Shown: positions 26,885 to 35,033 of the stretch, piece by piece | Layout of the letters: the number at the start of each line of letters is the position of its first letter | Position numbering within the stretch: the stretch's first letter is position 1 | Virus record (IMG/VR): IMGVR_UViG_3300038393_000245 | Coordinates: 76,289 to 140,288 of that record | Source: a virus | Lineage: Duplodnaviria > Heunggongvirae > Uroviricota > Caudoviricetes | Reading direction: 5' to 3' (one strand) | Length of the DNA stretch: 64,000 nt | Program-made: the position numbers and the translations under genes | The notes under the pieces: model-generated | What the model was told of the DNA's origin: nothing | Databases searched by the model: none | Seen by the model: only the letters and a program-made list of their open reading frames with translations

Positions 26885-27463
26885 TTAGGCGGTGGCTTCC
26901 TCGGCCGCGACTTCGGACTTGGCCTCGGCCTTCTCCTCGACCGGGGCATCCTTGAACCCCCAGGCGATGAGGCGCTTCTCGTCGATCGAGAAGCCGGCCT
27001 CGGTCTTCGGAAGCGAAGCCAGATACTCGGCCTGCTCTTCGCGAGTCCCATCGACCGGGAAGTTCTCGGCCTCCTCTCCGAGGAGGATGTGCCGGCGATC
27101 GGCATCCCACGAGATGTCCTTGCCACGAACTCGCTCCGAGCCGTCCTTGTTCCGACGGGCCGTCATGAAGTCGCTCATGGTGAGTCGTGCCGGATACTTG
27201 TCATAGAAGCCGGCAGCCTTGCTGTTCTTGCGCTTCGGGTTCGGAGCGATGACCACCAGGGCCATCGGCTTCTCCGGAATCGCTTCCGGCTGGTTGTCGG
27301 TCGTATTCTCCGACTCGGCGCGGGGACCGGGACGGCGGCCGCCGGTCGAACCACTCGAACCGGACGACTTGGCGGAATCGGTAGCCGAACCCCGGGCTTC
27401 CTGACGGGACGTTGCATTCTTGGCCATTCTTCTTCTCCTGCTCTCGGTGGGTTGAATTTCCAT
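26885..27463 (-). CDS. hypothetical protein (180-192 aa), high-GC
   Basis: GC-rich codons unlike the rest of the genome. Promoter AAAGCC-TTTACA-N17-TAGAAG at 27475-27502. Alternative ATG at 27427 with AGGAGAAG SD. Confidence 0.55.
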   Translation of the reverse strand: MEIQPTESRRRRMAKNATSRQEARGSATDSAKSSGSSGSTGGRRPGPRAESENTTDNQPEAIPEKPMALVVIAPNPKRKNSKAAGFYDKYPARLTMSDFMTARRNKDGSERVRGKDISWDADRRHILLGEEAENFPVDGTREEQAEYLASLPKTEAGFSIDEKRLIAWGFKDAPVEEKAEAKSEVAAEEATA

Positions 27464-27661
27464 CCGATGAACCCCTTCTATACCCGTTAAGTTTTATTGT
27501 AAAGGCTTTTTTTCAATATTCAATTAAAAAGGTTTCGGACGACTAATCACGCTTATTAATCTCACGCGCGCGCGTATAGGGACTTCTTATGATAAAAAGC
27601 CCTTTACATCGAAAATATGATGATATAGTATGGTCAGGTTGGATGCAGAAAGAGGTTTAAC

Positions 27662-28648
27662 ATGACAGCCGTAATGCCGGAGGAACGTAGGATTCCTTCA
27701 ATCCCTCGAGTAGTTACTCGAGGTCCAGCAGCCAGGAAACCTGGAGAAGAGAGCGCCTCGAGCGCCGCGAAGGACGTCCAGTTCTTTTCAAACTCTCCAC
27801 TTCACCGTCAGCTTCGATACCAGTATCTCCCGGATTACGATCCTAACGAATCCGATGAACAGATCGAGGATAAGCTGAATGAGCGCTTTCTTATCATGAA
27901 TGAGCTCACCGATGATGCTATTGACGGAAGGTGTCGAGGGTTCATCGCTTCTGGCCCCGGTGGCGTAGGAAAGACCTACAACATCGACAAAAAGCTCGAG
28001 GAGAGGCTTGGAGAGGATGAGTACACGTCGTATTCAGGGTATTCAACCCCAATCGGTCTACTCAAGATGTTGTGGAACAATCGAGAGGGTCTCATCAAGG
28101 CCGACGATATCGATTCGATCTTCAAAGACGAAAAGGCTCTTAACTATCTAAAGGTCGCGTGTGACACTACGGCTAGGAGAGTCATCACGTATGCGTCTGA
28201 AAACACCCTTTTCGATGAGAACCTCGAACCCATTCCAAAGAGGTTTGAGTTCGATGGAACGATGATCTTCTGCACGAATCTTGATTTCGATTATCTGATC
28301 GATAAGGGTTCGTCTCTCACTCCTCACTTGGAAGCGTTCATCACTCGTTCTCATTACATCGATCTCGCGATGAGAACAAAAAGGGATTATCTTGTTCGTG
28401 TCTATCAGGTGGCCGAACAAGGTCTCTTTGATAACGTTCTTGGAAAGTCTGGAGAACCTCACGGACTCGATAAGAATCAGACCGACGAGGTTTTAGACTT
28501 CATCGAGTCCTACCATCGAAATCTCCGTGAGTGTTCTCTTCGTATGGCACTTAAGATTGGATCACTTCGAAAGGGATTCGATCCCGAGAATGATACCGTA
28601 GATTGGAAGCGTAAGGCGCTTCTGACTTGTTGCAAGGGAGTTCGGTGA
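27662..28648 (+). CDS. AAA+/P-loop NTPase (328 aa)
   Basis: Walker A GPGGVGKT, Walker B LIKADDID, sensor-like FCTN. Promoter AAAAGCCC-TTTACA-N17-TAGTAT at 27603-27631. AGAGGT SD. Confidence 0.6.
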   Translation: MTAVMPEERRIPSIPRVVTRGPAARKPGEESASSAAKDVQFFSNSPLHRQLRYQYLPDYDPNESDEQIEDKLNERFLIMNELTDDAIDGRCRGFIASGPGGVGKTYNIDKKLEERLGEDEYTSYSGYSTPIGLLKMLWNNREGLIKADDIDSIFKDEKALNYLKVACDTTARRVITYASENTLFDENLEPIPKRFEFDGTMIFCTNLDFDYLIDKGSSLTPHLEAFITRSHYIDLAMRTKRDYLVRVYQVAEQGLFDNVLGKSGEPHGLDKNQTDEVLDFIESYHRNLRECSLRMALKIGSLRKGFDPENDTVDWKRKALLTCCKGVR

Positions 28649-28842
28649 TGGTTGAACTTCAAGAACCAGAGTGTGAGAACTTCGAGTGCGATCATTGTGC
28701 TCTCGAAGAGGCTCTCGATATACTCCGAGAGGCTCTACAAGAACACGAAAAGACATGGGGTCTAGCTAAGTCGAGAGCAAGAGTCGACGACTGGTCTGTG
28801 AGAGCTGTTGTTCTTCTCTCGAAACGTGAAAACAAGCAGTGA
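28648..28842 (+). CDS. small Cys-containing protein (64 aa)
   Basis: CENFECDHC. Translationally coupled to the upstream gene (TGATG). Confidence 0.4.
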   Translation: MVELQEPECENFECDHCALEEALDILREALQEHEKTWGLAKSRARVDDWSVRAVVLLSKRENKQ

Positions 28843-28904
28843 TGAAAAGAATTCCGAAAGACGAAATAATGATCGAATAGGTTCCTCACTGCATCCAACA
28901 GTGA

Positions 28905-28955
28905 GGGGGAGGCGGGGACCAACTCCCCGCCTCCCAATTTTGTGTGTGTTGTTTT
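28905..28955 (+). terminator. rho-independent terminator
   Basis: GGGAGGCGGGGA-ccaact-CCCCGCCTCCC followed by AATTTTGTGTGTGTTGTTTT. Confidence 0.6.
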
Positions 28956-29004
28956 CGACTCTGAAGAGTCCTGGATCTGGTTCTAAATCCGGTTAAAACC
29001 TAAT

Positions 29005-29105
29005 AAAATCGATATGGAATTTGCCCTTCAGAGTGGCCTCTGAATGGAATATCGAGATAAATGGTATATCCTATTGATCTGGAAAATTCCATCTCTGAGG
29101 CCCTC
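29005..29105 (-). repeat. inverted repeat copy B (core 29005-29075)
   Basis: Reverse complement matches copy A over 26 + 34 nt, with a different 11-nt central block. Weaker similarity continues ~30 nt further. Confidence 0.8.
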
Positions 29106-29181
29106 TATGAGATTACGATATTTACAACTGCCAACTAACATGATATTAAAGTCATGATTTAATTTTGACTATGGAGATTTA

Positions 29182-29616
29182 ATGTCGTCAGTGCAGTGCA
29201 TCGAGTGTGGACGATTCATGGGAATTAAAGATTTCGAGAATGGACGACTTCACTTTGAACCTCTTAATGAATTCGGACCAGAAGTTATTGAATGGACGTG
29301 TAAGAGGTGTGTCGAAAATCACTCGGAGGTCAGAATGAAGAATGAAATAATGGAGTTCGTTGTTCCGATGTATGAAAGCGAGCGCGGGTGGGGAGCGAAG
29401 ATCGATGGCTATGCTGGCCCGTTCCCGACATTCGAGAGCGCGTCATCTTTTGCTGACTCATACAACCGAAAGAACAACTCCGAGGAGCGAGTCCCTGATT
29501 ATTACATCTCGGCACTAAAACCAGTCGAGCGCCGCGGCGTGGAATGCGTTTACAAAACGACCATCGATGGAGTTGACTTCGCCGATCTCAAAGCACGAAG
29601 AGGTTCCCATGACTAA
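29182..29616 (+). CDS. hypothetical zinc-ribbon protein (144 aa)
   Basis: CIECG..CKRC. GGAG SD. TTTACA-N17-TATTAA at 29121-29149. Confidence 0.5.
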   Translation: MSSVQCIECGRFMGIKDFENGRLHFEPLNEFGPEVIEWTCKRCVENHSEVRMKNEIMEFVVPMYESERGWGAKIDGYAGPFPTFESASSFADSYNRKNNSEERVPDYYISALKPVERRGVECVYKTTIDGVDFADLKARRGSHD

Positions 29617-29953
29617 GGAAATGCCGTGGTGGGAGATAGCAATTCGAAGTCATTGCGACGAACACGGGCCAAGCGGCGCCGCTTGGAACATCAGCATGAT
29701 TCTCGAATGCCTGAACCGTTCTTCTCAAACTGATCCCGTGACCGAACAACTCGCCAATCTGAAAGCGCAAAGGGACGCGCTCAATGCGCATATCAACCTA
29801 ATCGAAGGAGGCATCTCGAAAGCGGCTTATGACGGCAATCTGGCATGGCAACTATCGAAAGTAAACGATCAGCGCATTGCCGATGGAAAGCCGCCAATGA
29901 GAATGAGAGAGTTCCTCTCGGCATGCGATGAGGAGAGCGACCGTGAAGGGTGA
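29609..29953 (+). CDS. hypothetical protein (114 aa), GC-rich
   Basis: ATG at 29609 with GAGG SD. The listed 29567 start overlaps the upstream gene. Confidence 0.45.
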   Translation: MTKEMPWWEIAIRSHCDEHGPSGAAWNISMILECLNRSSQTDPVTEQLANLKAQRDALNAHINLIEGGISKAAYDGNLAWQLSKVNDQRIADGKPPMRMREFLSACDEESDREG

Positions 29954-30139
29954 TCTGGTCATGCTGTCCGATGACGTTTTGGTCGCTTGGGCAGAGCAAG
30001 CCAAGCGGGACGACTGGCATTTATGTTTCGTCGGCTCCGATATTCGCCAGCTCATCGGACAGCATGGAGCACAACAAACGCCTCGAATGGTCAAGCGAGG
30101 ACTCAGCCGTAGCTGAAAAGTGTTTCGTGGACGCGATGG

Positions 30140-31318
30140 TTGAAAACAGGTCAGCCCTTATCCCTCAAGAAAGCAAATCCGGTGATCACTCCGAATAAAC
30201 ATCTTATCGGTGTTCGAGAAGCACTTCAGAGGCAAGGATTTGATCTTTGGTTCGTTGGTGGTTGCGTTAGAGATTCTATTCGAGGCGAAGAACCAAAGGA
30301 TATCGACCTGTGCACTAGTGCGACTCCGGAAGAAGCGATTCAAGTCTATGAGAAGAATAACATTCGGTATTTTAAGACCGGAATCGATCATGGAACTCTG
30401 ACTGTTAGAGTTAATGGTCAGTCGTATGAGATCACCTCTCTCCGAACCGAATCAAATCATGACGGAAGAAGGTCGACGGTTTCGTATACTCGAGACATCA
30501 TAGAGGATCTCAGTAGAAGGGATCTAACAATCAATTCTATCGCGCAGAGATTTGATGGATACATCATCGACCCATTTGGAGGCGTCGATGATATTAAGAA
30601 TCATCGAGTCCGAATGGTTGGAAGTGCTTCTGATCGATTCAAAGAAGACTACTTACGAATCTTAAGATTCTTTAGATTCCATGCTAGGTTTGCTGGAGAG
30701 AGCCCTCTCGATCAGAGTGCTCTAGAGGCCATCGAAGAGACTAAGGAAGGTCTCAATCAAATCTCTGGAGAGAGAAAGTGGCAGGAGATTCAAAAGATAT
30801 TAGTCGGACCATCGTCCTCAGCTACTCTTATTCGAATGAAAGATGTCGGAGTCATGAAGTCTATTGGTGTGAAAGACTTCAGTGTCGATAGAATGAAGAA
30901 GTGTGATGAAAAGAAGATCAGTAGATCATCTACCGTTCTTGGAATAATTTCTTATAAGCAGATCATCGAATCCGTAATGAGCGACTGGAGAATGAGCAAC
31001 AGTGAGCGTTCTGAAGCGAGATTCGCGAATCTCTATCATGACGTAACATCAGTGGGCAAATTCAAGGATCTCTTGGTAGACGGAGCTAATATCGACTGGG
31101 TCGAAGAGCTGCTGAAACTTAATGACCTCTCCTCTCTTCGTGAGTGGGAAGTTCCGGTATTTCCAGTCAACGGTCTGGACATCATCAATAAGAAGGGAAT
31201 CAAGACAGGACCAGCGATCGGACTAATCTTAAGGAACCTTCGAGAGAGTTGGAAGAAGTCTGATTACAAACTTACTAAAAAGCAATTGCTTAACCATCAA
31301 TCAATGCCTCGGAGCTAG
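30140..31318 (+). CDS. tRNA nucleotidyltransferase (CCA-adding enzyme / poly(A) polymerase head-domain family)
   Basis: LWFVGGCVRDSIRGEEPKDIDLCT matches the class II GGxVRD...DxD head motif. The RDLTINS and RFFRF motifs are also present. Start uncertain (TTG 30140 or GTG 30182). Confidence 0.8.
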   Translation: MKTGQPLSLKKANPVITPNKHLIGVREALQRQGFDLWFVGGCVRDSIRGEEPKDIDLCTSATPEEAIQVYEKNNIRYFKTGIDHGTLTVRVNGQSYEITSLRTESNHDGRRSTVSYTRDIIEDLSRRDLTINSIAQRFDGYIIDPFGGVDDIKNHRVRMVGSASDRFKEDYLRILRFFRFHARFAGESPLDQSALEAIEETKEGLNQISGERKWQEIQKILVGPSSSATLIRMKDVGVMKSIGVKDFSVDRMKKCDEKKISRSSTVLGIISYKQIIESVMSDWRMSNSERSEARFANLYHDVTSVGKFKDLLVDGANIDWVEELLKLNDLSSLREWEVPVFPVNGLDIINKKGIKTGPAIGLILRNLRESWKKSDYKLTKKQLLNHQSMPRS

Positions 31319-31393
31319 CTCATTCTTAATAATGTGGTATACAACCGAGTAAAAGTATATTAGATCTAGGTTCTAGGACTAAGGTAGAGTTAA

Positions 31394-31609
31394 ATGAGAA
31401 TTATTCTAGTTCTTGGAAACATTTGGGTCATTGTGGCTATAATGTTTTCACTTTTTGCTGTTGGAGGGTGGGTTTTCGACGACCCTCCCCATGGAACTAA
31501 CAGAAGCATTATGTTTCTCGGATGTCTCATGGCAGCCATCTTCTGGCCGTTAATGATCGTGTCAGCAGGTGGTCGTCGAAAGCTCATGTACATTATGAAA
31601 GGTGAATAA
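31394..31609 (+). CDS. small membrane protein (2 TM)
   Basis: Hydrophobic 71 aa. Confidence 0.5.
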   Translation: MRIILVLGNIWVIVAIMFSLFAVGGWVFDDPPHGTNRSIMFLGCLMAAIFWPLMIVSAGGRRKLMYIMKGE

Positions 31610-32395
31610 ATGCGAGGAATTGGTTCTTTTATCGGAGCCGGAGTTGTAGGTCTCTTGCTCCTTACGGGAGGTCTGTCGAGCTGTTCTACGGTTGATGCCG
31701 GTGAAGTCGGACTCAAGAATGTGTATGGCCAGGTTGGAAATGAAGTCCTGGCTCCAGGTCTCCACTTCAAGAATCCAATCACTACTTCGATCGAGACGAT
31801 GTCTATCCAGTCGAAGAGGAAGGATGGGCAAACTGGAGTCTACACAAAAGACTTTCAGACGGCTACCGTAACTTCGGCGATCACATATTCTCTCGATCCA
31901 AATGCTGCTCCTCGCATGCGAAGGACGGTTGGAAATGAATGGGAGGCTCGTCTCATCTCTCCGGTAGTAGAGTCGTCTATCAAGAGTGTCTTTGGCCAGG
32001 TGAATGCCATTGCCGCGATTGAGAATCGACAGGCAATGCAGAATACGATTCAGGACATGATTCGTAAGGCTCTTAGTCCTCGTGGTATTCGAGTAGAGAG
32101 TTTCGCTCTGACTAACATCGATTATTCAGACGCTTTCGAAAAGGCCGTAGAGGATGCGCAGGTCGCGACTCAGAATGCGGTAGCCGCTAGGAATCACACG
32201 GTTCAGGTTCAGGAAGAGGCGAAACAGACCGAGATTCGTGCTCAGGCCGATGCAAAGGCCATGCAGATTAAGTCTCAGGCTCTGTCAAGCAATCCTGGAC
32301 TGACTCAGTATGAGGCGGTTCATCGTTGGAATGGTGTTCTTCCTCAGAATATCTATGGATCGGCTCCGATTCCATTTTTGAACGTTAACAAGTAA
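31610..32395 (+). CDS. SPFH/band-7 (HflC/stomatin-like) lipoprotein
   Basis: Lipobox LSSC after a signal peptide. Band-7 core with C-terminal coiled coil. Confidence 0.75.
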   Translation: MRGIGSFIGAGVVGLLLLTGGLSSCSTVDAGEVGLKNVYGQVGNEVLAPGLHFKNPITTSIETMSIQSKRKDGQTGVYTKDFQTATVTSAITYSLDPNAAPRMRRTVGNEWEARLISPVVESSIKSVFGQVNAIAAIENRQAMQNTIQDMIRKALSPRGIRVESFALTNIDYSDAFEKAVEDAQVATQNAVAARNHTVQVQEEAKQTEIRAQADAKAMQIKSQALSSNPGLTQYEAVHRWNGVLPQNIYGSAPIPFLNVNK

Positions 32396-32403
32396 AAGGA
32401 GAA

Positions 32404-32431
32404 GGGAGGGGAATTCCCCTCCCTTATTTTT
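32404..32431 (+). terminator. rho-independent terminator
   Basis: GGGAGGGG-aatt-CCCCTCCC followed by TTATTTTT. Confidence 0.7.
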
Positions 32432-32432
32432 C

Positions 32433-32795
32433 ATGCCTCATCTCTATATTGTTCGTGGGCTTCCTGGTTCAGGAAAATCCACATTCGCCAAATCTCTTGG
32501 AGTTAACCATTTTGAGTCGGACATGTACCGATATAAAGATGGGGAATACGTGTTTGATTCGTTGGATCATTCTTGTCACGACAAGTGTTATGACGACGTA
32601 AGAAAATCCCTCGAGCAAGGATTCGACTGCGTTGTGAGTAACACATTCACGAGAATCTGGGAGATGCGACGATATCTGGATCTTCCATACACCAAGACAG
32701 TGATCACTGTGGAAGGCAATCATGGGAACATTCATAATGTTCCAAAAGAAGCCATCGATAGAATGAAAAATAGGTGGGAGTCTTACGAGAGTTGA
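32433..32795 (+). CDS. P-loop kinase (120 aa; polynucleotide-kinase-like or AAA_33 family)
   Basis: N-terminal Walker A GLPGSGKST, as in the T4 Pnk kinase domain GCPGSGKST. Confidence 0.55.
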   Translation: MPHLYIVRGLPGSGKSTFAKSLGVNHFESDMYRYKDGEYVFDSLDHSCHDKCYDDVRKSLEQGFDCVVSNTFTRIWEMRRYLDLPYTKTVITVEGNHGNIHNVPKEAIDRMKNRWESYES

Positions 32796-32826
32796 CATTT
32801 TCTCATGACTAGTTTATCTAGTCATA

Positions 32827-33120
32827 ATGGACACTCTGACATTCAAGCTGAACCCAGCTGTTTATTTCATAGAACAAACTAGTTTCTTCCCCGATGTCGA
32901 AATCGTGGTGTTCAAGGTCGATCAATTCGTAATAGAATATCTTAGACAGAATTGTGCACACTTAACGAAAGGAGTGGTTCAATTCGTAGTGAGTCCAACT
33001 CCATTCAATCCGAATGCTTCTATATCCGATCCGGTATATGAAGTTGAAGTTCGGATTGATTGTACTAGTGACGAAGTAAAGAAAGAAGCTTCTCACTTCA
33101 GATCAAAATACGGATTATAG
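32827..33120 (+). CDS. hypothetical protein (97 aa)
   Basis: Promoter TTGACA-N17 at 32792-32820. Confidence 0.45.
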   Translation: MDTLTFKLNPAVYFIEQTSFFPDVEIVVFKVDQFVIEYLRQNCAHLTKGVVQFVVSPTPFNPNASISDPVYEVEVRIDCTSDEVKKEASHFRSKYGL

Positions 33121-33516
33121 AAGAGTCGATGCTAGCCTAAAAAGATCGTCGACTTGCGAATCAGTCATTCCGAGCAGTGACTGCGCCATCGCGATGAGAG
33201 AATTGTTCCTCTCAATAGAATTCGCGTATTCCCATGACTCGACAGTTTCCTCGTCCAAGGTTGATATAATCGAGTCAACCTGTGATTTAATTCCTGACTG
33301 GCGAATCGCCCTTCTTATTTGAAGAGGAGTTACGGACTCAGGAACTGGAATCATCACTGTTCCTGAAGAAAACACTCCATTAGAGTATGTTCCTCCAATT
33401 TGAGCGGTTCCATCATCTGGAACCGCCTCGTATGGAGAGTTGAAACTCTCAATATCTCCATCCCACAGAATGATGTTCATAACAGTTCCATTATTAATAA
33501 GCGCGTAACGAGGCAT
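33115..33516 (-). CDS. hypothetical protein (133 aa), possible fibre chaperone
   Basis: Last gene of the fibre operon. Confidence 0.35.
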   Translation of the reverse strand: MPRYALINNGTVMNIILWDGDIESFNSPYEAVPDDGTAQIGGTYSNGVFSSGTVMIPVPESVTPLQIRRAIRQSGIKSQVDSIISTLDEETVESWEYANSIERNNSLIAMAQSLLGMTDSQVDDLFRLASTLL

Positions 33517-34487
33517 TAGAAGTACTCCTCAATAATAACTAGACCGTCTCCACCCTTTCCACCGTTTCCAGCAACCTTTGGAGAGGCCGCGCTTCCTCCA
33601 CCACCACCTCCTCCAGCAGGGGTCTGTCCATCTCCACCAACTCCACCATTTGCTGCAGCAAGATTGGATCCATCGCTTCCACACGCCGCGCCACCGCCAC
33701 CACACCCTCCACATACTTCAAGAATAGTTCCGGATTGTGTTCGTCCATTAGCCCCGGCGCCTCCAATAGAAAGAGTTCCAGTGTTGTACATAGTTCTCCC
33801 TGATGAGGATCCATTGATACTTCCCGCCGACGTTGGTAAACCTGCTCCAGCTCCAGCTCCACTCCCTCCAAACCCAGAAGATCCTCCTCCCGAATTACCA
33901 GAACCAACAGAAGAAGCTGCACCTCCGGCTCCACCTCCCAATGTCGGTGATTGCTGCCCAGGATTAGCTCCTCCACTCCCTGGAACTCCATTAAATCCTC
34001 CGCCATATCCTCCAAGAGCCTGCCCTCCAGAACCTCCTCCATTTCCTGCACTACCTCCCCACACTGAAAGCCATGTTCCAAATGAGGTGGTACCTCCATT
34101 GCTTCCTCCTGCGCCAGAAGCAGTAGAAGTTGCTCCAACGCCGGCCGTTCCTCCGGCTCCTACGGTTACCGTCTCAGTAGCTCCGAGAGCAGAAGCAGAG
34201 TAAAAGAATGAACTAAAAGCCCCGCCTCCACCTCCTCCGCCTCCAGAACAGGCCGTTCCTGAATTAACCACGGCTCCTCCTCCTCCTCCACCTCCGCCTC
34301 CCCACATCATTACGTGAACGAGTTGGGATCTCGAATCCTTAGTCCAAGTTCCGGAAGAATAGAACACTGTTCGTTTAGAGCTAGCTCCCCCTCCAGGAGA
34401 AGCTCCATATGTTCCATCTCCCAGAAGAACCTTAGTATTATCTCCAGGATTAACAAGCTGTTTTGGATTAATCTTTTGTGTACTCAT
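33516..34487 (-). CDS. glycine-rich structural (fibre-like) protein
   Basis: 323 aa, mostly G/S/A/T tracts such as GGGGGGGGG and GSGAGAGAG. ATAAATA late motif 5 nt upstream of the ATG. Confidence 0.6.
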   Translation of the reverse strand: MSTQKINPKQLVNPGDNTKVLLGDGTYGASPGGGASSKRTVFYSSGTWTKDSRSQLVHVMMWGGGGGGGGGAVVNSGTACSGGGGGGGGAFSSFFYSASALGATETVTVGAGGTAGVGATSTASGAGGSNGGTTSFGTWLSVWGGSAGNGGGSGGQALGGYGGGFNGVPGSGGANPGQQSPTLGGGAGGAASSVGSGNSGGGSSGFGGSGAGAGAGLPTSAGSINGSSSGRTMYNTGTLSIGGAGANGRTQSGTILEVCGGCGGGGAACGSDGSNLAAANGGVGGDGQTPAGGGGGGGSAASPKVAGNGGKGGDGLVIIEEYF

Positions 34488-34508
34488 ATCCGTATTTATG
34501 CCTATTTG

Positions 34509-35033
34509 TTAAATTGAAGAACAACGTCTTGGTTGTCTCCTCACGACAGTGGCGTACGTAGTGGTCCATGCAATGTAACCATAATCGATAGAATTTCGAA
34601 CGGATGTTCCTCCCGAAGCTGGAGTTGTTGTCACAACAACTTCAAGAGCAGAACCATCCGGAACGGTTAATAGGCTACTATTCCAAGTGAAAGTAAAATT
34701 TTGACTTGAACTTGGAGCAGCCGTTACTGATTGAGCGGAACTAGTAGCAAGAGCAGCTGCTCCTCCAGTTTCCCATATCGCTATAGTGAAGGTAGGAGTT
34801 CCAGTGTTAGTACTATTCTTTCGAGCCTGAACTGTTATTGTTTGAAGACCGGCTCCAGATGTCAGAACTGGAGTAGGAGTAGGAAATCCTACTCGGATAG
34901 TAGACGCTACGTTGCTAGTAGACGCGGTGGTCCAGTTGGTGTCTTGAGCTCCAAGATTGGTAGTTGTAGCAGTTCCAGCAGTAACATTCGAGGATGATAC
35001 GATCGTATCTGGTGTTAATATCTGATTAGCCAT
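34509..35033 (-). CDS. Thr/Ser-rich structural protein (174 aa)
   Basis: Sits between the two fibre genes. Confidence 0.45.
   Translation of the reverse strand: MANQILTPDTIVSSSNVTAGTATTTNLGAQDTNWTTASTSNVASTIRVGFPTPTPVLTSGAGLQTITVQARKNSTNTGTPTFTIAIWETGGAAALATSSAQSVTAAPSSSQNFTFTWNSSLLTVPDGSALEVVVTTTPASGGTSVRNSIDYGYIAWTTTYATVVRRQPRRCSSI

Noticed and set aside
26690-29105. Interpreting the inverted-repeat pair as the ends of an IS element or transposon
   Set aside because: No transposase or recombinase ORF lies inside and no obvious target-site duplication was seen. It is kept as a finding but not annotated as a mobile element.
33529-34203. ORFs 33529..33714, 33539..34138 and 33664..34203 overlapping the Gly-rich gene
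   Set aside because: Trp/Arg- or Pro-rich alternative-frame translations of the GGN repeat DNA.
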